Notes: generated by a model from the letters alone, not told the origin. Counted from the stretch's first letter, positions 1-11,490 are shown. The stretch is 64,000 nucleotides of DNA from Desulfobacterales bacterium (GCA_963668645.2 CAXXWC010000019.1:448001-512000); one strand, 5' to 3'. Program-made: numbers and translations.

Positions 1-1
1 C

Positions 2-625
2 GAAATGCCCGAATATAAAAAGCATGTCCTGGAAGTCCTGCGCCAACCCCTGGAGGATCTCAAAGTCACCATCGCCCGCGCCGCCTCGACCTTGACCTAC
101 CCTTCTGCGGTAATGCTCGTGGCGGCCATGAATCCGTGCCCATGCGGTTTTTGGGGCGACGAGCGCCACGAATGCCGCTGCAGCCACACTCAGATCCGGC
201 GCTACCGCAGCAAGATCTCAGGTCCTTTACTCGACCGCATCGACATTCATGTGGAGGTGCCGGCCGTGGCCTACCGTGAATTGGCCGGCAAGGGTGTGGG
301 CGGCGCTTCCTCGGACGATATGGCCGAAAGGGTCGCGGCCGCCCGCCGGCGTCAGGTGCAACGCTTTGCCGGAACAGCGCTGCACTGCAACGCCCAGATG
401 CAAAGTCGCCACATCCGGCGCTTTTGCGCCGTGGACGCCGGCGGCCACCGGCTGCTGGAAAACGCGGTGGACCGCCTCGGCCTTTCGGCCCGGGCCTACA
501 ATCGGGTGCTCAAGATCGCCCGCTCCATCGCCGACCTGGAAGGGGCCGAGGCCATCACCCCCGGGCATATCGGCGAAGCGATCCAGTACCGCAGTCTCGA
601 CCGGCGCAAATTCACCATAGGCTGA
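2..625 (+). CDS. comM: ComM/YifB Mg-chelatase-like AAA+ ATPase, C-terminal part (5' end outside the window)
   Basis: [31 protein letters not shown] and [19 protein letters not shown] are typical ComM/YifB motifs; the frame is open from the window edge. Confidence 0.92.
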   Translation, partial: EMPEYKKHVLEVLRQPLEDLKVTIARAASTLTYPSAVMLVAAMNPCPCGFWGDERHECRCSHTQIRRYRSKISGPLLDRIDIHVEVPAVAYRELAGKGVGGASSDDMAERVAAARRRQVQRFAGTALHCNAQMQSRHIRRFCAVDAGGHRLLENAVDRLGLSARAYNRVLKIARSIADLEGAEAITPGHIGEAIQYRSLDRRKFTIG

Positions 626-1034
626 AAAACATGCAAATGCATGCTTGCCATGCTGGTGCCGAAAGGCATCTCTTCAAAAAGTCGTCATTGTCAAAAACTT
701 AATGAAAAAAAAGCGGAAACTTCTACAGGATTTTCTTCGTGTTTTCTGCGACCTCTGGTCCGAAAAGAACAATCTGTATCTTCTTTATACTGATAGGCCA
801 AAAGCTATTCACCTAGCGGCCAAGACTTCGGCTGAACTTCAAAGATAGCACGTTCTTTTTGTATTCCAGCCAGACCGAAGCCACAGACGACTCCTTCTAC
901 CGTCCGCCGCAAACCGATATTTTCAAAATTCTTGCTGATTTTCGGCCGGATAGCGAATTACGGGCGTCCGCCGCACAGATAACGGCATTTACCGAGATCG
1001 TTTAATCGAATCCTCCTGTACGCCATATTTTTTG

Positions 1035-1062
1035 TTGACATAGATTAGAAACTAGATAGGGT
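1035..1062 (+). promoter_or_regulatory. Putative sigma70 promoter of the chemosensory operon
   Basis: TTGACA-16 nt-TAGGGT in an AT-rich intergenic stretch ~140 nt upstream of the HEAT gene. Confidence 0.4.
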
Positions 1063-1203
1063 TTGTATTAAATTAATTAGTAACTATATGCGAAACTAAG
1101 TTGTTCTGCCTTAACGAAAACTGTTCGGAGCAGGAACCGCACGGTTAAGAATCCACAATCATCAGCGCCAATCCGATAAAGCTCCGGCAGGAGAATTGGG
1201 GCT

Positions 1204-3132
1204 ATGTTTACCTCATCTATCCTTATCGGCGACTACCGGCTCCGGTTGACCCAGGGCGGCGAGGAAAAACGGGAGCTGATTTACCGCGACATCGGGCAAT
1301 CGCATGACGTCGAAGCACGCGATCTGCTTATCAGCGGGTTGTCCGATCCGAGCCTCCGGGTGAGATCGACCGTGGCGGCGATCATGAAATCCGTGGCCGA
1401 CGCTTCGATGACGACCCGGCTGCTGGAGACCCTGCGTGACGAAAACACGGCCCTGCGCTCCCAGGTCATGACGGTGTTGGCCGATCTGGTGCCCCGCCAT
1501 CTCGAGCAGATCAGATCCTATCTCAAGGATCAGGATCCGGATATGCGGATTTACACCGCTACCATTCTGGGAAACAGCGGTGCAGCCGAGACGCTTTCCG
1601 ACCTGAAAAGCATTCTCGACGATCCGCAGAAAAACGTCCGCTATGCCGGCGTGGAGGCGCTGGGAAAAATTGGCAACCCCCTGGCAGTGCCCTGCCTGCT
1701 CGACATGCTGGAAGATCCCTGGGCAAAATTTCCTGCCATCGAAGCGCTGGGCGCCTTGCAGGCCGCCGGGGCGGTGGAACCGCTGATCGTCATCGGCCGG
1801 CAAGACGCCGCGGCCCGCCCGGCCGTTGTCGAAGCCTTGGGCCGCATCGGCCATCCAGGCGCGGTCGAGTTTCTGCTCCGGATGCTGGACTCTGAGGATA
1901 ACGAGATGCAGGTCGATGCGCTCACAGCGCTGGTGAAAATAGAACAGGCAGCCTCCTGCGGTGTGTTTTCCCGGCTGGCCCGGCAGCCCTCCCTTACCGT
2001 GCCGGCCTCCCTCGCAGCCCTTCAAGCCGTCGATCCGGTCAAACGAAAAGCCGCGCTGCGCGCGCTGGGCTGGATCGGCGACGCCTCTCATTTGAAGATT
2101 GTTTCAGACCATCTGGAAGACGAAACCCAAGCTGTCGCGGGGGAAGCCCGGCAGGCGCTGCAACGCTTGGGATCGCGCCACCCCGAAGAACTGGCGCACC
2201 TGTATCGGGACAGCAACGCCGTGGTCCAACCCCAGATTGTGGAAATCGCAGGGACCGTCGGCGGGCCGACGGCCGCCCGCCTGCTCGCCGAGGCCCTGGC
2301 GCATCCAGACGCTTCGGTACGAGAGCAAGCGGCCAAGGCATGGGGTGGCCTGCCCACCGGGCTTGGCGCTGAACAGCTGGCAGCCCACTTGAATGACAGC
2401 GACTGGCGGGTGCGAAAGGCCTGCATCGAAGGAATCGGACAGAACGCATCACCCCAGACGCTGGAGAACCTGGCCCGCTTGCTTGAAGATAGCAGCCGCG
2501 AAGTCCGGGAGGCGGCCGCAGATGCCCTGGCGCACCAGGTTGACAGTCCGGTCTGGAATCATGTCATTGCCTTGCTCGACCACCCGCAGCCGGCGGTCCG
2601 GGCGGCGGCTCTCCGGTGCATCGGCCGGACCTGCACGGATCGAACGCACCACCTGCTAGCCAAGGCACTGAAAGATCCCGATCCATCGGTCCGGCGGGTC
2701 GCCGCAGAGTCCGCCGGCAGGCAGCGGGGCAATGGCGCCGTCCAACTCTTGATTGACGGTCTCGCAGACGAAGACTGGATGGTGAAGAAGGCTTCGGCAA
2801 CGGCCCTTGGCAAGATCGGAAATCGCGACGCCGCCGAGTCGCTGCGAAACGCACTGGCAGACACAAACCTCTGGGTCCGGTATGCCGCTGTCGAAGCCCT
2901 GGGCTGCATCGGCGACACGACCGTGATCGAAGCCCTGCGGGCGGTGGCGCATGACGACGAGGTCCCGGTGCGTATCGCTGCCTTCGAGGCCCTGGAAAAA
3001 CTTCAAGCCCCTGAACTGGATGCCCTGCTCGGCCGTATGCTGGACGACCCGGACATGGAAATTCGAAGGACCGCCGAAAATGCGCTGGATCGCAGAACGG
3101 CCGACCCCACCGGCCCCCTTGCGGCCCGATGA
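1204..3132 (+). CDS. HEAT/PBS-lyase repeat protein
   Basis: Many repeats of LxDxDxxVRxxAxxALG; AGGAG RBS before the ATG; ATGA overlap with cheR. Confidence 0.9.
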   Translation: MFTSSILIGDYRLRLTQGGEEKRELIYRDIGQSHDVEARDLLISGLSDPSLRVRSTVAAIMKSVADASMTTRLLETLRDENTALRSQVMTVLADLVPRHLEQIRSYLKDQDPDMRIYTATILGNSGAAETLSDLKSILDDPQKNVRYAGVEALGKIGNPLAVPCLLDMLEDPWAKFPAIEALGALQAAGAVEPLIVIGRQDAAARPAVVEALGRIGHPGAVEFLLRMLDSEDNEMQVDALTALVKIEQAASCGVFSRLARQPSLTVPASLAALQAVDPVKRKAALRALGWIGDASHLKIVSDHLEDETQAVAGEARQALQRLGSRHPEELAHLYRDSNAVVQPQIVEIAGTVGGPTAARLLAEALAHPDASVREQAAKAWGGLPTGLGAEQLAAHLNDSDWRVRKACIEGIGQNASPQTLENLARLLEDSSREVREAAADALAHQVDSPVWNHVIALLDHPQPAVRAAALRCIGRTCTDRTHHLLAKALKDPDPSVRRVAAESAGRQRGNGAVQLLIDGLADEDWMVKKASATALGKIGNRDAAESLRNALADTNLWVRYAAVEALGCIGDTTVIEALRAVAHDDEVPVRIAAFEALEKLQAPELDALLGRMLDDPDMEIRRTAENALDRRTADPTGPLAAR

Positions 3133-3989
3133 AGGTGGAGATGGACAAGGGGCTTGCCAGGGCGGATTTCGAACGGATGCGCGCGTTCATCAAGGACCGA
3201 TGCGGAATCCGGATCGGTGATGAAAGGATAGATTTTTTCGAATCGCGGCTGCGTTTGCGCATGAACGCCACGGGAATGACATCGGTCCGGGACTATCATT
3301 TATACCTCCGCTACGACCCTGACGGAGCCCAGGAAGAGGGACACCTCATCGATTCGATCACCAACAACGAAAGCTATTTCTTCCGGGAAATGGACCAACT
3401 GGAAGACTTTTACGAACAAGTGGTACCGCAATTGATGCGCCGCCTGGCACCGGGTGTGCCGCTTCAGATATGGAGCGCCGGGTGCGCCTGCGGCGAAGAG
3501 CCCTACACCCTGGCGATGCTGCTGTCTGACCGGCCGTGGCATGCCGGCAGCCTGCCGGTCCGGATCCTGGCCGCCGATGTGAACGGTTCGGTTCTCAACC
3601 GCGCCGCAAAAGGAAGGTATGATGGGCATGCATTACGGCACACGCCGCCGCATTTTCGCCACAAACATTTCAGGCAGGACGGCAACGGGACCTACATGCT
3701 GGAAGGCCGGATCAAAAACATGGTCCGGTTTGCCCGTTTCAACCTGCTGCAAGCACCGATCGGCGCACCGTTCAGGCAGGTGGATGCGGTGTTCTGCCGC
3801 AATGTTCTCATCTACTTCGACGATGAAACCAAAAAGAGGTGTATCGAGAACATTTACCGCTGCTTGAAAAGCGGTGGATTCCTGTTCCTGGGGCTTTCGG
3901 AAAGCCTCAGCAGAATAACCAGCCTGTTCGAACCGGTACGACTGAAACGCACGGTCGCCTACCGGAAGCCGGAAGCGTCGTATTTGTAA
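3129..3989 (+). CDS. cheR: Chemotaxis methyltransferase CheR
   Basis: TNNESYFFRE, IWSAGCACGEEPYTLAM and FCRNVLIYFD motifs. Confidence 0.95.
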   Translation: MKVEMDKGLARADFERMRAFIKDRCGIRIGDERIDFFESRLRLRMNATGMTSVRDYHLYLRYDPDGAQEEGHLIDSITNNESYFFREMDQLEDFYEQVVPQLMRRLAPGVPLQIWSAGCACGEEPYTLAMLLSDRPWHAGSLPVRILAADVNGSVLNRAAKGRYDGHALRHTPPHFRHKHFRQDGNGTYMLEGRIKNMVRFARFNLLQAPIGAPFRQVDAVFCRNVLIYFDDETKKRCIENIYRCLKSGGFLFLGLSESLSRITSLFEPVRLKRTVAYRKPEASYL

Positions 3990-4069
3990 CCCATTCCATC
4001 GACAGGATGGATCCGGATTGTGGAGCCGTAGCAGGCCGGCGGAAACGATCCATTGAAAAGGGGCACACC

Positions 4070-4453
4070 GTGGAAAAAAAGATTTTATCCGTGGACGACT
4101 CTTCAAGCATTCGCAAGATGGTGGCCTACACACTCAAGAGCCAGGGATATGCGGTGACTTCGGCCGCGGACGGGCAGGAAGCGCTCGAAACGCTGGCAAA
4201 AGAGCGATTCGACGGCATTGTCCTGGACATCAACATGCCCCGCCTGGACGGGTTCACGCTGTTGAAAAAGATCCGCGCCGAAACGCATACCGCTTCGATT
4301 CCCGTGATCATGCTGACCACCGAAGGCCAGGAGCGGGACAAGCAAGAGGCGACGGCGCTGGGTGCCGACGCTTACGTCGTCAAGCCGTTCAAACCGTCCG
4401 AACTGGTCAGGGTGGTGCAGGACATCGTCGGCCCGGCATCCGGCATCGCTTAG
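4070..4453 (+). CDS. cheY: CheY-like single-domain response regulator
   Basis: VDDS...VLDINMP...LTT...VKPF; GTG start at 4070 after AAGGGG (ORF track start is over-extended). Confidence 0.9.
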   Translation: MEKKILSVDDSSSIRKMVAYTLKSQGYAVTSAADGQEALETLAKERFDGIVLDINMPRLDGFTLLKKIRAETHTASIPVIMLTTEGQERDKQEATALGADAYVVKPFKPSELVRVVQDIVGPASGIA

Positions 4454-4469
4454 ACAGGGAGAAGCCCTG

Positions 4470-6185
4470 ATGTCCGACATGCAAATGGAAGACATGGATG
4501 CCGCCATCCGTGCACGGATGCGGGAAGATTTTCTGGACGAAGCCGAAGAGCTTACCGACAAGCTGAATCTGCAGTTGACGCAGCTGGAAAATAAACCCGG
4601 CAGCCAGGAACTGGTCAATGAAATCTTTCGCATCGTCCATACGCTGAAGAGTTCCGCCGCGTTCGTCGGAATGGACCAGACCAAGGAGATCGCCCACAAA
4701 ATGGAGGATGTGTTCGGAGCCCTTCGCGAGGGAACAATTCGGGCATCGACGCCGTTGATCGACGTGATGTTCGAAGGCCTCGAAATACTCCGGCAGCTTA
4801 AAAGCGGCGCCATGGCGGGCGCACCTGAAAACATCGACACCGGCGCGGTGCTGGCGGCGCTGGACCGGCTCCGGGGTCCGGCCGCCGGTGACGTGAATCG
4901 TCCCGGGAACCTGCCCATCGCAGACAGCCCGGCACCTGAGACAACCGGCGAAGCCCCTCCGGACAGCCAGGCGCAGACCCCGGACACACCGTCGCTGCAA
5001 CCGTCACAAACCGTCCGGGTCAGAACGGACCGGCTCGACAGCCTGATGAACCTGATCGGGGAACTGATCATCGCCCGCAACCGCTTGAATAATTATGCAC
5101 AACGGCAGGAAAGCGAAGAACTGGAAGCTGTTTCATCGGCCATAGACCGGTTGACCGGCCATCTCCAGGAAGCCATGACGGGCATCCGGATGGTGCCCAT
5201 AGAGTGGCTGTTCAACAAATTCCCCGGAATGGTCCGCAACATGGCCCGAGAACAAGGCAAACACGTGGTCCTGTCCATGACCGGCAAGGAAACGGAGCTG
5301 GACAAGAGTGTCATCGACCGGATGTACAACCCCCTCATGCACCTGATCCGCAACGCGGTTGACCATGGGATCGAAACACCGGAAGAAAGAACGGCTTGCG
5401 GCAAGGATCCGCTCGCGCTGATCGGCCTGACGGCCCGGCATCAAAAAGATCATATCGTCATCGAGGTTGCTGACGACGGCCGGGGACTTCAGTCCGCAAA
5501 GATCGTCCGGGCCGCCGTGCAAAAAGGGGTGCTGTCCGAGGAGGAGGCCCTCCAAATCGATGAAGGCCGGCTTGCGGACCTGATCTTCACCCCCGGATTG
5601 ACCACCTCCAAGACGGTATCCGATATTTCGGGCCGGGGTGTCGGCATGGATGCGGTCAGAAACCAGATCCGGCAACTGCGTGGCACCGTCAAGGTCCGTT
5701 CGTCTCCGGGCCGGGGAACGACATTCCGGCTTCGCCTGCCGCTGACGTTGAGCGTACTCCAGGTGCTGCTGGTCAAAACAAACGGCTTGTGCTGGGGAAT
5801 TGCCCTCAGCAGTGTTCTCGAAACCCTGTATATCGCTGCTTCCGAGATCCAGACCATTGAAAAGCAGGAGGTGGTGTTCATCCGGGATACCCCACACCCG
5901 TTGAAACGGCTCGCTACGGTGCTGCATTTGGCTCCCGGCCGGGAGCCTCACCCTTCCCGGAAAGCCGCCGCGGCTCCGGTTGAACGGCTGTCGATCGTGA
6001 TCGTGCAACAGTCCGGAACCCGGACGGCGATCTGGGTGGACGAACTTTTGGGAAAACACGAGGTGGTCATCAAATCCCTGGGAGATTTCACCGGTCATGT
6101 GCCGGGTATCGAAGGGGCCACCATCCTGGCCGACGGCACCATCACCCCCATCATAAATGTGGAAACCCTGGTGCGCACTGAGTGA
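4470..6185 (+). CDS. cheA: Chemotaxis histidine kinase CheA (no obvious P2 domain)
   Basis: Hpt [10 protein letters not shown]-box [23 protein letters not shown]-terminal CheW-like domain. Confidence 0.95.
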   Translation: MSDMQMEDMDAAIRARMREDFLDEAEELTDKLNLQLTQLENKPGSQELVNEIFRIVHTLKSSAAFVGMDQTKEIAHKMEDVFGALREGTIRASTPLIDVMFEGLEILRQLKSGAMAGAPENIDTGAVLAALDRLRGPAAGDVNRPGNLPIADSPAPETTGEAPPDSQAQTPDTPSLQPSQTVRVRTDRLDSLMNLIGELIIARNRLNNYAQRQESEELEAVSSAIDRLTGHLQEAMTGIRMVPIEWLFNKFPGMVRNMAREQGKHVVLSMTGKETELDKSVIDRMYNPLMHLIRNAVDHGIETPEERTACGKDPLALIGLTARHQKDHIVIEVADDGRGLQSAKIVRAAVQKGVLSEEEALQIDEGRLADLIFTPGLTTSKTVSDISGRGVGMDAVRNQIRQLRGTVKVRSSPGRGTTFRLRLPLTLSVLQVLLVKTNGLCWGIALSSVLETLYIAASEIQTIEKQEVVFIRDTPHPLKRLATVLHLAPGREPHPSRKAAAAPVERLSIVIVQQSGTRTAIWVDELLGKHEVVIKSLGDFTGHVPGIEGATILADGTITPIINVETLVRTE

Positions 6186-6253
6186 AAATCACTGTTTTTC
6201 ACCGGGCATGCACCGCCTTGCAGCGGCACCGAACAGGACAGGGAGGTTGGCTT

Positions 6254-8224
6254 ATGTTGACTAATTTTAAGGACATGAAAGTCGGCTTCAAGATCGGGTC
6301 CGGTTACTTCGTGCTGATCGCTATCATCACGATTCTCGGATTCTTATCGGTACGCTGGCTGTCGGCCATACGGGACGAAGCGGACCGGCTGGCCGGCGGC
6401 TATACCGTGACCGTCCGGTATGCCAACGATATCGAACGGTCCTTCCTGCTGACCATGTACAGCATGGCCCGCTATGTTTCGAGCGGCAAAGAGCGCTTTT
6501 TGGCCGAATCCAGAAAGTGGATCCAGGATACGGCCCGGTCCCTGGACAGTGCCGACAAGCTGACCGAAACCAAAGGCTTTCTCTCCGACCAGAAGGGGAT
6601 GGTCCGGGCGATTCAGAATCAGACGAAAAAGTATAAAGACATGGTGGACGAAACGGAGAGACGCCAGTCGTCCATTCGCCGTGAATGGGCCGTACTGGAC
6701 GAAGCGGCCGCCGTGTACATGAAACACGGCCTCGTCTTCCTGCAGATCCAAAGCGACCTCATGGAAAAGCAGATCCGTACCGACCCGGAGCCGGCAGGCC
6801 TTCTGGACCGGTTGTGTAAAATCGGCATGATCGACCATGTCATCCACCTCGGCGACACCATCCGCATCGCAGCCAACAAATCCCAGGCCCGCAACGATCC
6901 GGCCATCATCGACAACGCACTCGGCATGTTCGCCGAAATCCGGCAAAACCTGGCGGACCTTCGCACCATATCGATCCGCAAGGACAACCTGGAGCAGATC
7001 GATTCGATCCAGGCTGCGCTGGCGCAATACGAAAAGGCTCTGATCACCGTTCAGGGAGACTGGACCCGACTGCGGGAATTGGTAACAGCCGAGGAGGAAC
7101 TGAGGACCGATCTGCTCGCCAGCTCCCGAAAAATCACCGATAACGGCGAGCAACGGACCGATCAGGTACTGGCCCAGGCCCAGGCCGGCCTCTCCCGGGC
7201 CGGCCGGATCATGAGCATCGGCCTGGTGCTGGCGATCGTTATCGGCCTGGCCCTCGCCTTGGTGGTGACCCGGGCCATCACCCGGCCCATCATGCGTTTG
7301 ATCGCACTGACCAAACGGGTCGAAAAAGGGGATCTTTCCGCCGGCCTCGAAGCGATCGGCAAAGATGAGATCGGAATGCTGATGCGCGCCTTCAATAACA
7401 TGATCGGCGCCAACCGCACCATTGTCAAAAGCATCATCGACAATTCCACCAGGCTGTCCACTTCCTCCAACGAAATCGCTGCCACCATCGAGGAGATCAG
7501 CAGGGGGGCCGAATTTCAATCCAACGACATCATCAAAACATCTACGGCCATGGATGAAATGGCCGCCACCGTCAAGGAGGTCTCCCACAACGCCAAGAGC
7601 ACCTCCCAGGCCGCCGTGGCCGCAACGGAGATGGCCCGAAGCGGATCGGGCAGGGTGGAGGCCACTGTTCAGGGCATCAGCGTGGCCAACGACTCCATGA
7701 GAAAGCTCAACCTGCGCGCCGGAGAAATCGGCAAAATCACCCGTCTGATCGAAGATGTGGCCGCTCAGACCAACATCTTGTCCCTTAACGCCTCCATCGA
7801 AGCGGCCAGAGCCGGAGAGCAGGGCAAGGGATTCGAAGTTGTGGCCGACGAAATCAGAAAGCTGGCCAATCGCACCACCCGGTCCACCGGAGAAATCGCG
7901 CAAATCATCGAAGAGATCCAGAAAGAAACCAACAATGCCGCCGGCGTCATGGAAAAGGGAACCGCCCTGGCCCAGGAAGCCGGCCAGAGCCTGAAGGATA
8001 TCGTCGAGGGGGTCGTTTCCACCACGGATATGGTGCAGGTCATCTCCTCGGCCGCCGAACAGCAGGCCAAGACGTCGGAGGAAATTTCCACCGCTCTGCA
8101 AAGCATCTCATCGGCGACCCAGCAGACATCCAAAGGCGCCAAAGAGGTAGCCAGGGCCATTCAGGATCTCAACGACATGGCCGAAGAACTGAAGCAAGTC
8201 ACCGATCAGTTCACGGTTCAATAG
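6254..8224 (+). CDS. Methyl-accepting chemotaxis protein (2 TM, large periplasmic domain, HAMP)
   Basis: Two hydrophobic helices, HAMP (ITRPI...DEIG), signalling hairpin [42 protein letters not shown] before ATG 6254. Confidence 0.95.
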   Translation: MLTNFKDMKVGFKIGSGYFVLIAIITILGFLSVRWLSAIRDEADRLAGGYTVTVRYANDIERSFLLTMYSMARYVSSGKERFLAESRKWIQDTARSLDSADKLTETKGFLSDQKGMVRAIQNQTKKYKDMVDETERRQSSIRREWAVLDEAAAVYMKHGLVFLQIQSDLMEKQIRTDPEPAGLLDRLCKIGMIDHVIHLGDTIRIAANKSQARNDPAIIDNALGMFAEIRQNLADLRTISIRKDNLEQIDSIQAALAQYEKALITVQGDWTRLRELVTAEEELRTDLLASSRKITDNGEQRTDQVLAQAQAGLSRAGRIMSIGLVLAIVIGLALALVVTRAITRPIMRLIALTKRVEKGDLSAGLEAIGKDEIGMLMRAFNNMIGANRTIVKSIIDNSTRLSTSSNEIAATIEEISRGAEFQSNDIIKTSTAMDEMAATVKEVSHNAKSTSQAAVAATEMARSGSGRVEATVQGISVANDSMRKLNLRAGEIGKITRLIEDVAAQTNILSLNASIEAARAGEQGKGFEVVADEIRKLANRTTRSTGEIAQIIEEIQKETNNAAGVMEKGTALAQEAGQSLKDIVEGVVSTTDMVQVISSAAEQQAKTSEEISTALQSISSATQQTSKGAKEVARAIQDLNDMAEELKQVTDQFTVQ

Positions 8225-8291
8225 CACGGGGCCGGAGCATCGCGCTTCGAGCTCGTCGCGGTCGCAAGTGCAGACCGTCTGGAACGGCGTT

Positions 8292-9326
8292 ATGGAAGAT
8301 ACCGAACAAGCATCCCGACACTGCCGGCAAACAGCAACCGTGGAAGCGGTCCCCCTGCTGGTGTTCTCCCTTCAGGGACAGGCCCACGCCCTGGCAATGC
8401 ATCATGTCCGGGAAATCGTCCGCACCCCCGAGTTGTCAGCGGTGGTGGAAGCGCCGGATTTCGTAGACGGGGTGATGCCGTTGAGATCCAGGGTCACACC
8501 GGTCATCGACCTGAAAAAAAGGCTGCGGCTGGGCACAGGTGAAATGACAGCCGACACCTGCGTGATCGTGGTCCAATGGAAAGGCCAGCCGATCGGGCTT
8601 AGAGTCGATGCAGTCTGTGACATCACCAAAACGCCGGCCGATTCCATCGAAGCGCCGACGGAGATGGTGGGCGGCGTCAGCACCCGGTTTATCGAGGGTT
8701 GCGTCTTTGTGGACGGCCGGTTTCTGGTGGTCCTCAAACTGGATGAGATTTTGGCCCGCGATTATGCCCCCGATGGCGGTGATCCTTATGAAAAAATAAG
8801 AGGAGCGCCGGACGGAAAGATCCGTGGCACTGGGGACGACGGTCCCCGCCAGGATCTTCAACGGATCGTCACCTTCGACCTGGACGGCGAGCGGTACGGG
8901 GCGCACGTCGGTCACGTGGCTGAGATCATCAAGCCCGTTCCGGTCATGCCGCTGCCCAACATGCCCGGCTTTTTCCTGGGGTTGATCAATCTGCGCAACA
9001 CCATCGTGCCGTTGATCGACCTGCGCCCGTTTTTGCGGCTGAACCCAGGGCCCCGAACCGCAGGGGACGGTATCGTGGTGATCAACCATGCCGGATCGCC
9101 GGTAGGTGCCGCCGTGGATGGTATCGGCGAACTGGTCCGTTTACCACCTCAGATCTTCAAGCCGCCCCCGGACGGTGAAGCCGGAATCGACGCGCAGTAC
9201 CTGCAGGGTCTAGGGATGGTGGCAGGGCGCATGCTCACAGTTCTGAATCTCCCCAGAATCTTATCGGAAATGGAACAGGCAATCGACGTCTTCCAACGAA
9301 ACGAGTCGAGGAGAACGTTTCAATGA
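8292..9326 (+). CDS. cheW: Tandem double CheW protein
   Basis: Two CheW-like units (VREIV...GVMPLRSRVTPVIDL; VAEII...GLINLRNTIVPLIDL) joined by a linker; start uncertain. Confidence 0.88.
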   Translation: MEDTEQASRHCRQTATVEAVPLLVFSLQGQAHALAMHHVREIVRTPELSAVVEAPDFVDGVMPLRSRVTPVIDLKKRLRLGTGEMTADTCVIVVQWKGQPIGLRVDAVCDITKTPADSIEAPTEMVGGVSTRFIEGCVFVDGRFLVVLKLDEILARDYAPDGGDPYEKIRGAPDGKIRGTGDDGPRQDLQRIVTFDLDGERYGAHVGHVAEIIKPVPVMPLPNMPGFFLGLINLRNTIVPLIDLRPFLRLNPGPRTAGDGIVVINHAGSPVGAAVDGIGELVRLPPQIFKPPPDGEAGIDAQYLQGLGMVAGRMLTVLNLPRILSEMEQAIDVFQRNESRRTFQ

Positions 9327-10453
9327 ACAGTGGTCTTATCAAGTCGGAATCTGTGCAGCGGCCGATTCGGGTTCTGGTTGTGGATGATTCGGCTTTCCTC
9401 AGACGCACCCTGCCGAACCTGCTGGAAACGGACCCGGGCATCCGGGTGATCGGAACCGCCGAAAACGGGGCGGAGGCCATCCGGATGGTCAACGTCCTTC
9501 GGCCGGATGTGGTCACGATGGATGTGGTCATGCCGGTGATGGATGGGCTGGCGGCCCTGAAACAGATAATGCAGGAAATGCCCACACCGGTCCTGATGCT
9601 CAGCCACACGACTTACGAAAACGCCAGGCAGACCGTCGATGCACTGAGCTGTGGTGCCGTCGATTTCATCCCCAAACCCTCGGGGTCGGTCTCCCTGGAC
9701 ATCGCCACCATCCGCAAAACACTCATCGAAAAGGTCAGGATGGCCTATGCCAGCCGGCACACCCTCGACGCCTGCCGGACGCAGGCCGTACCCGGACTAA
9801 AAGCCGAAAGGCGCATAGATTCGCAGGCGTTGCCTCGGCCGATTGCCAGGGAGATTGTCGCCATTGCCGCCTCCACCGGCGGCCCTCCGGCCCTGGAAAA
9901 GGTCTTGGCGGCGCTGCCGAAAAGGTTCCCCGCCGGCATCGTCATCGTTCAGCATATTGCCCAGGGGTTCTCTGAAGCCCTGGCGGACAAACTCAACAGT
10001 GCCTGCGCCCTGACGGTAAAAGTCGCCGGCCACCTGGAGCCGATCCAACCCGGCACCGTTTTGCTGGCGCCATCAGGCCGGCAGGCCGCCGTAAAGCGGA
10101 TCGGCCGCTCGCTGCATCTGGTGCTTTCAGACGAACCCCGCGATATCCTCTACAAGCCGTCGGCGAACATCCTGTTCTCATCGGTGGCTGCCGCCTGCGG
10201 CCCCGGCGCCGTAGGCGTCATCATGACGGGAATGGGCAGCGATGGGGCGCAGGGCATCCGGCAGATCCGGGAATGCAACGGTACGACCATCGCACAGGAC
10301 GAAGCCACATCCCTGATATTCGGGATGCCGAAGGCGGCCATCGCATTGGACGCCATCAACATCGTTTCGCCCCTGGAACGGATCCCGTACGAAATCATGA
10401 ACACGATCCCATCGCAGGGCGGAGAAGATTTTTTGAATGGAGCGATGACGTGA
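9323..10453 (+). CDS. cheB: Chemotaxis response regulator methylesterase CheB
   Basis: REC domain (VTMDVVMP) plus esterase triad motifs AASTGG, VQH, TGMGSDG. Confidence 0.95.
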   Translation: MNSGLIKSESVQRPIRVLVVDDSAFLRRTLPNLLETDPGIRVIGTAENGAEAIRMVNVLRPDVVTMDVVMPVMDGLAALKQIMQEMPTPVLMLSHTTYENARQTVDALSCGAVDFIPKPSGSVSLDIATIRKTLIEKVRMAYASRHTLDACRTQAVPGLKAERRIDSQALPRPIAREIVAIAASTGGPPALEKVLAALPKRFPAGIVIVQHIAQGFSEALADKLNSACALTVKVAGHLEPIQPGTVLLAPSGRQAAVKRIGRSLHLVLSDEPRDILYKPSANILFSSVAAACGPGAVGVIMTGMGSDGAQGIRQIRECNGTTIAQDEATSLIFGMPKAAIALDAINIVSPLERIPYEIMNTIPSQGGEDFLNGAMT

Positions 10454-11490
10454 CCGACCACAAAAACGAACGCATTCAAATCAGCGCGCTTCGGGACATG
10501 TTTCACGTATACGAACAGATTTACGGGGAACTGTCCGCCTTGAAGCACATCGTTTTCGGCGCCACGCACCTGGCGGACATGGAAGGACTTGCCGTTCTTT
10601 TTTCCAGCCAGATACACGACAAAATCGTCCGCGCCCACAATGCCGTCTGGTTGACGTTGAACGGCGGCGAGGCGGCAGAGATCGCCAGAGACGGAGCGGC
10701 CGTATCGATTCAGGAGCGCCGGAGCGTGGATGCCGGACCGGCCTCGCCCCTGAACACGGTTCTCAATGAACAACGGGTTTTGTGGCCGCCCCTTGCGCCG
10801 GAACAGGGCCGGCTGTTTCCGGAATTTTCATCCCCTACCCTGTTTCCGATGAAAAGCTATTCCGGCGCACTGGGCTTTTTCGCCATCGACAGCGTCACTG
10901 AAGACAAGCGGGAGCTTTGCCAGTGGTTCGCCCAATTCGCCGCCATGATGCTCAACATTTCCAGCCTGCACCAGGAGGTTAAACAAAAGCACAAGGAACT
11001 GGAGGAAATGACCGAAATCCTCTTCATGCAGCAATCGCGACTGGCGGCCATCCATCACCTTGGCATGCAGATCATGGGCCTTGCCGACCGCCGGGATCTC
11101 GGCCGTAAACTGCTGGAAACAATAATCGCGGAGTTCGAAACGGATAAGGCCATTCTGTTGCTCCTCGAAGGGAGCGGCCTTTATCCCAACCGCCTGCTGT
11201 CCAAGGATTTCCCGCACGGCGAAGGTGAAATCCGCTTCCTTGCGGATGAAGAAGCGATACTGAAACGATGTCTCTCCTCGGGAAGAATCGTATCCCGAGA
11301 GGATTGTCCGGCAGTGACGACCTTCGGTCCCCACCGCCTTGTCGATTGGCGGCTCTTTCCATTGAAAGGCCGGACCCGGGCTCACGGCATTCTCGTGATG
11401 AACGCCCCTGGGGTGGAGGGAGACGACGCCATCGCGATCATGCTCAACCAGTGCGGGCTGGCACTGGACAATCTGGCCGCCGGTTCATAG
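10450..11490 (+). CDS. Hypothetical protein with two GAF-like segments joined by a coiled coil
   Basis: GTGA overlap with the cheB stop; LFPMK...ALGFFAID...FAAMML and LFPLKGR..HGILV...GLALDN resemble GAF C-terminal strand/helix patterns. Confidence 0.55.
   Translation: MTDHKNERIQISALRDMFHVYEQIYGELSALKHIVFGATHLADMEGLAVLFSSQIHDKIVRAHNAVWLTLNGGEAAEIARDGAAVSIQERRSVDAGPASPLNTVLNEQRVLWPPLAPEQGRLFPEFSSPTLFPMKSYSGALGFFAIDSVTEDKRELCQWFAQFAAMMLNISSLHQEVKQKHKELEEMTEILFMQQSRLAAIHHLGMQIMGLADRRDLGRKLLETIIAEFETDKAILLLLEGSGLYPNRLLSKDFPHGEGEIRFLADEEAILKRCLSSGRIVSREDCPAVTTFGPHRLVDWRLFPLKGRTRAHGILVMNAPGVEGDDAIAIMLNQCGLALDNLAAGS

Noticed and set aside
645..848. 67-aa ORF after comM
   Set aside because: No RBS or motif; lies in AT-rich, probably regulatory DNA
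1..1203. comM as an integration site for the chemosensory block
   Set aside because: The comM 3' end is intact, and no integrase, transposase or flanking direct repeat was found
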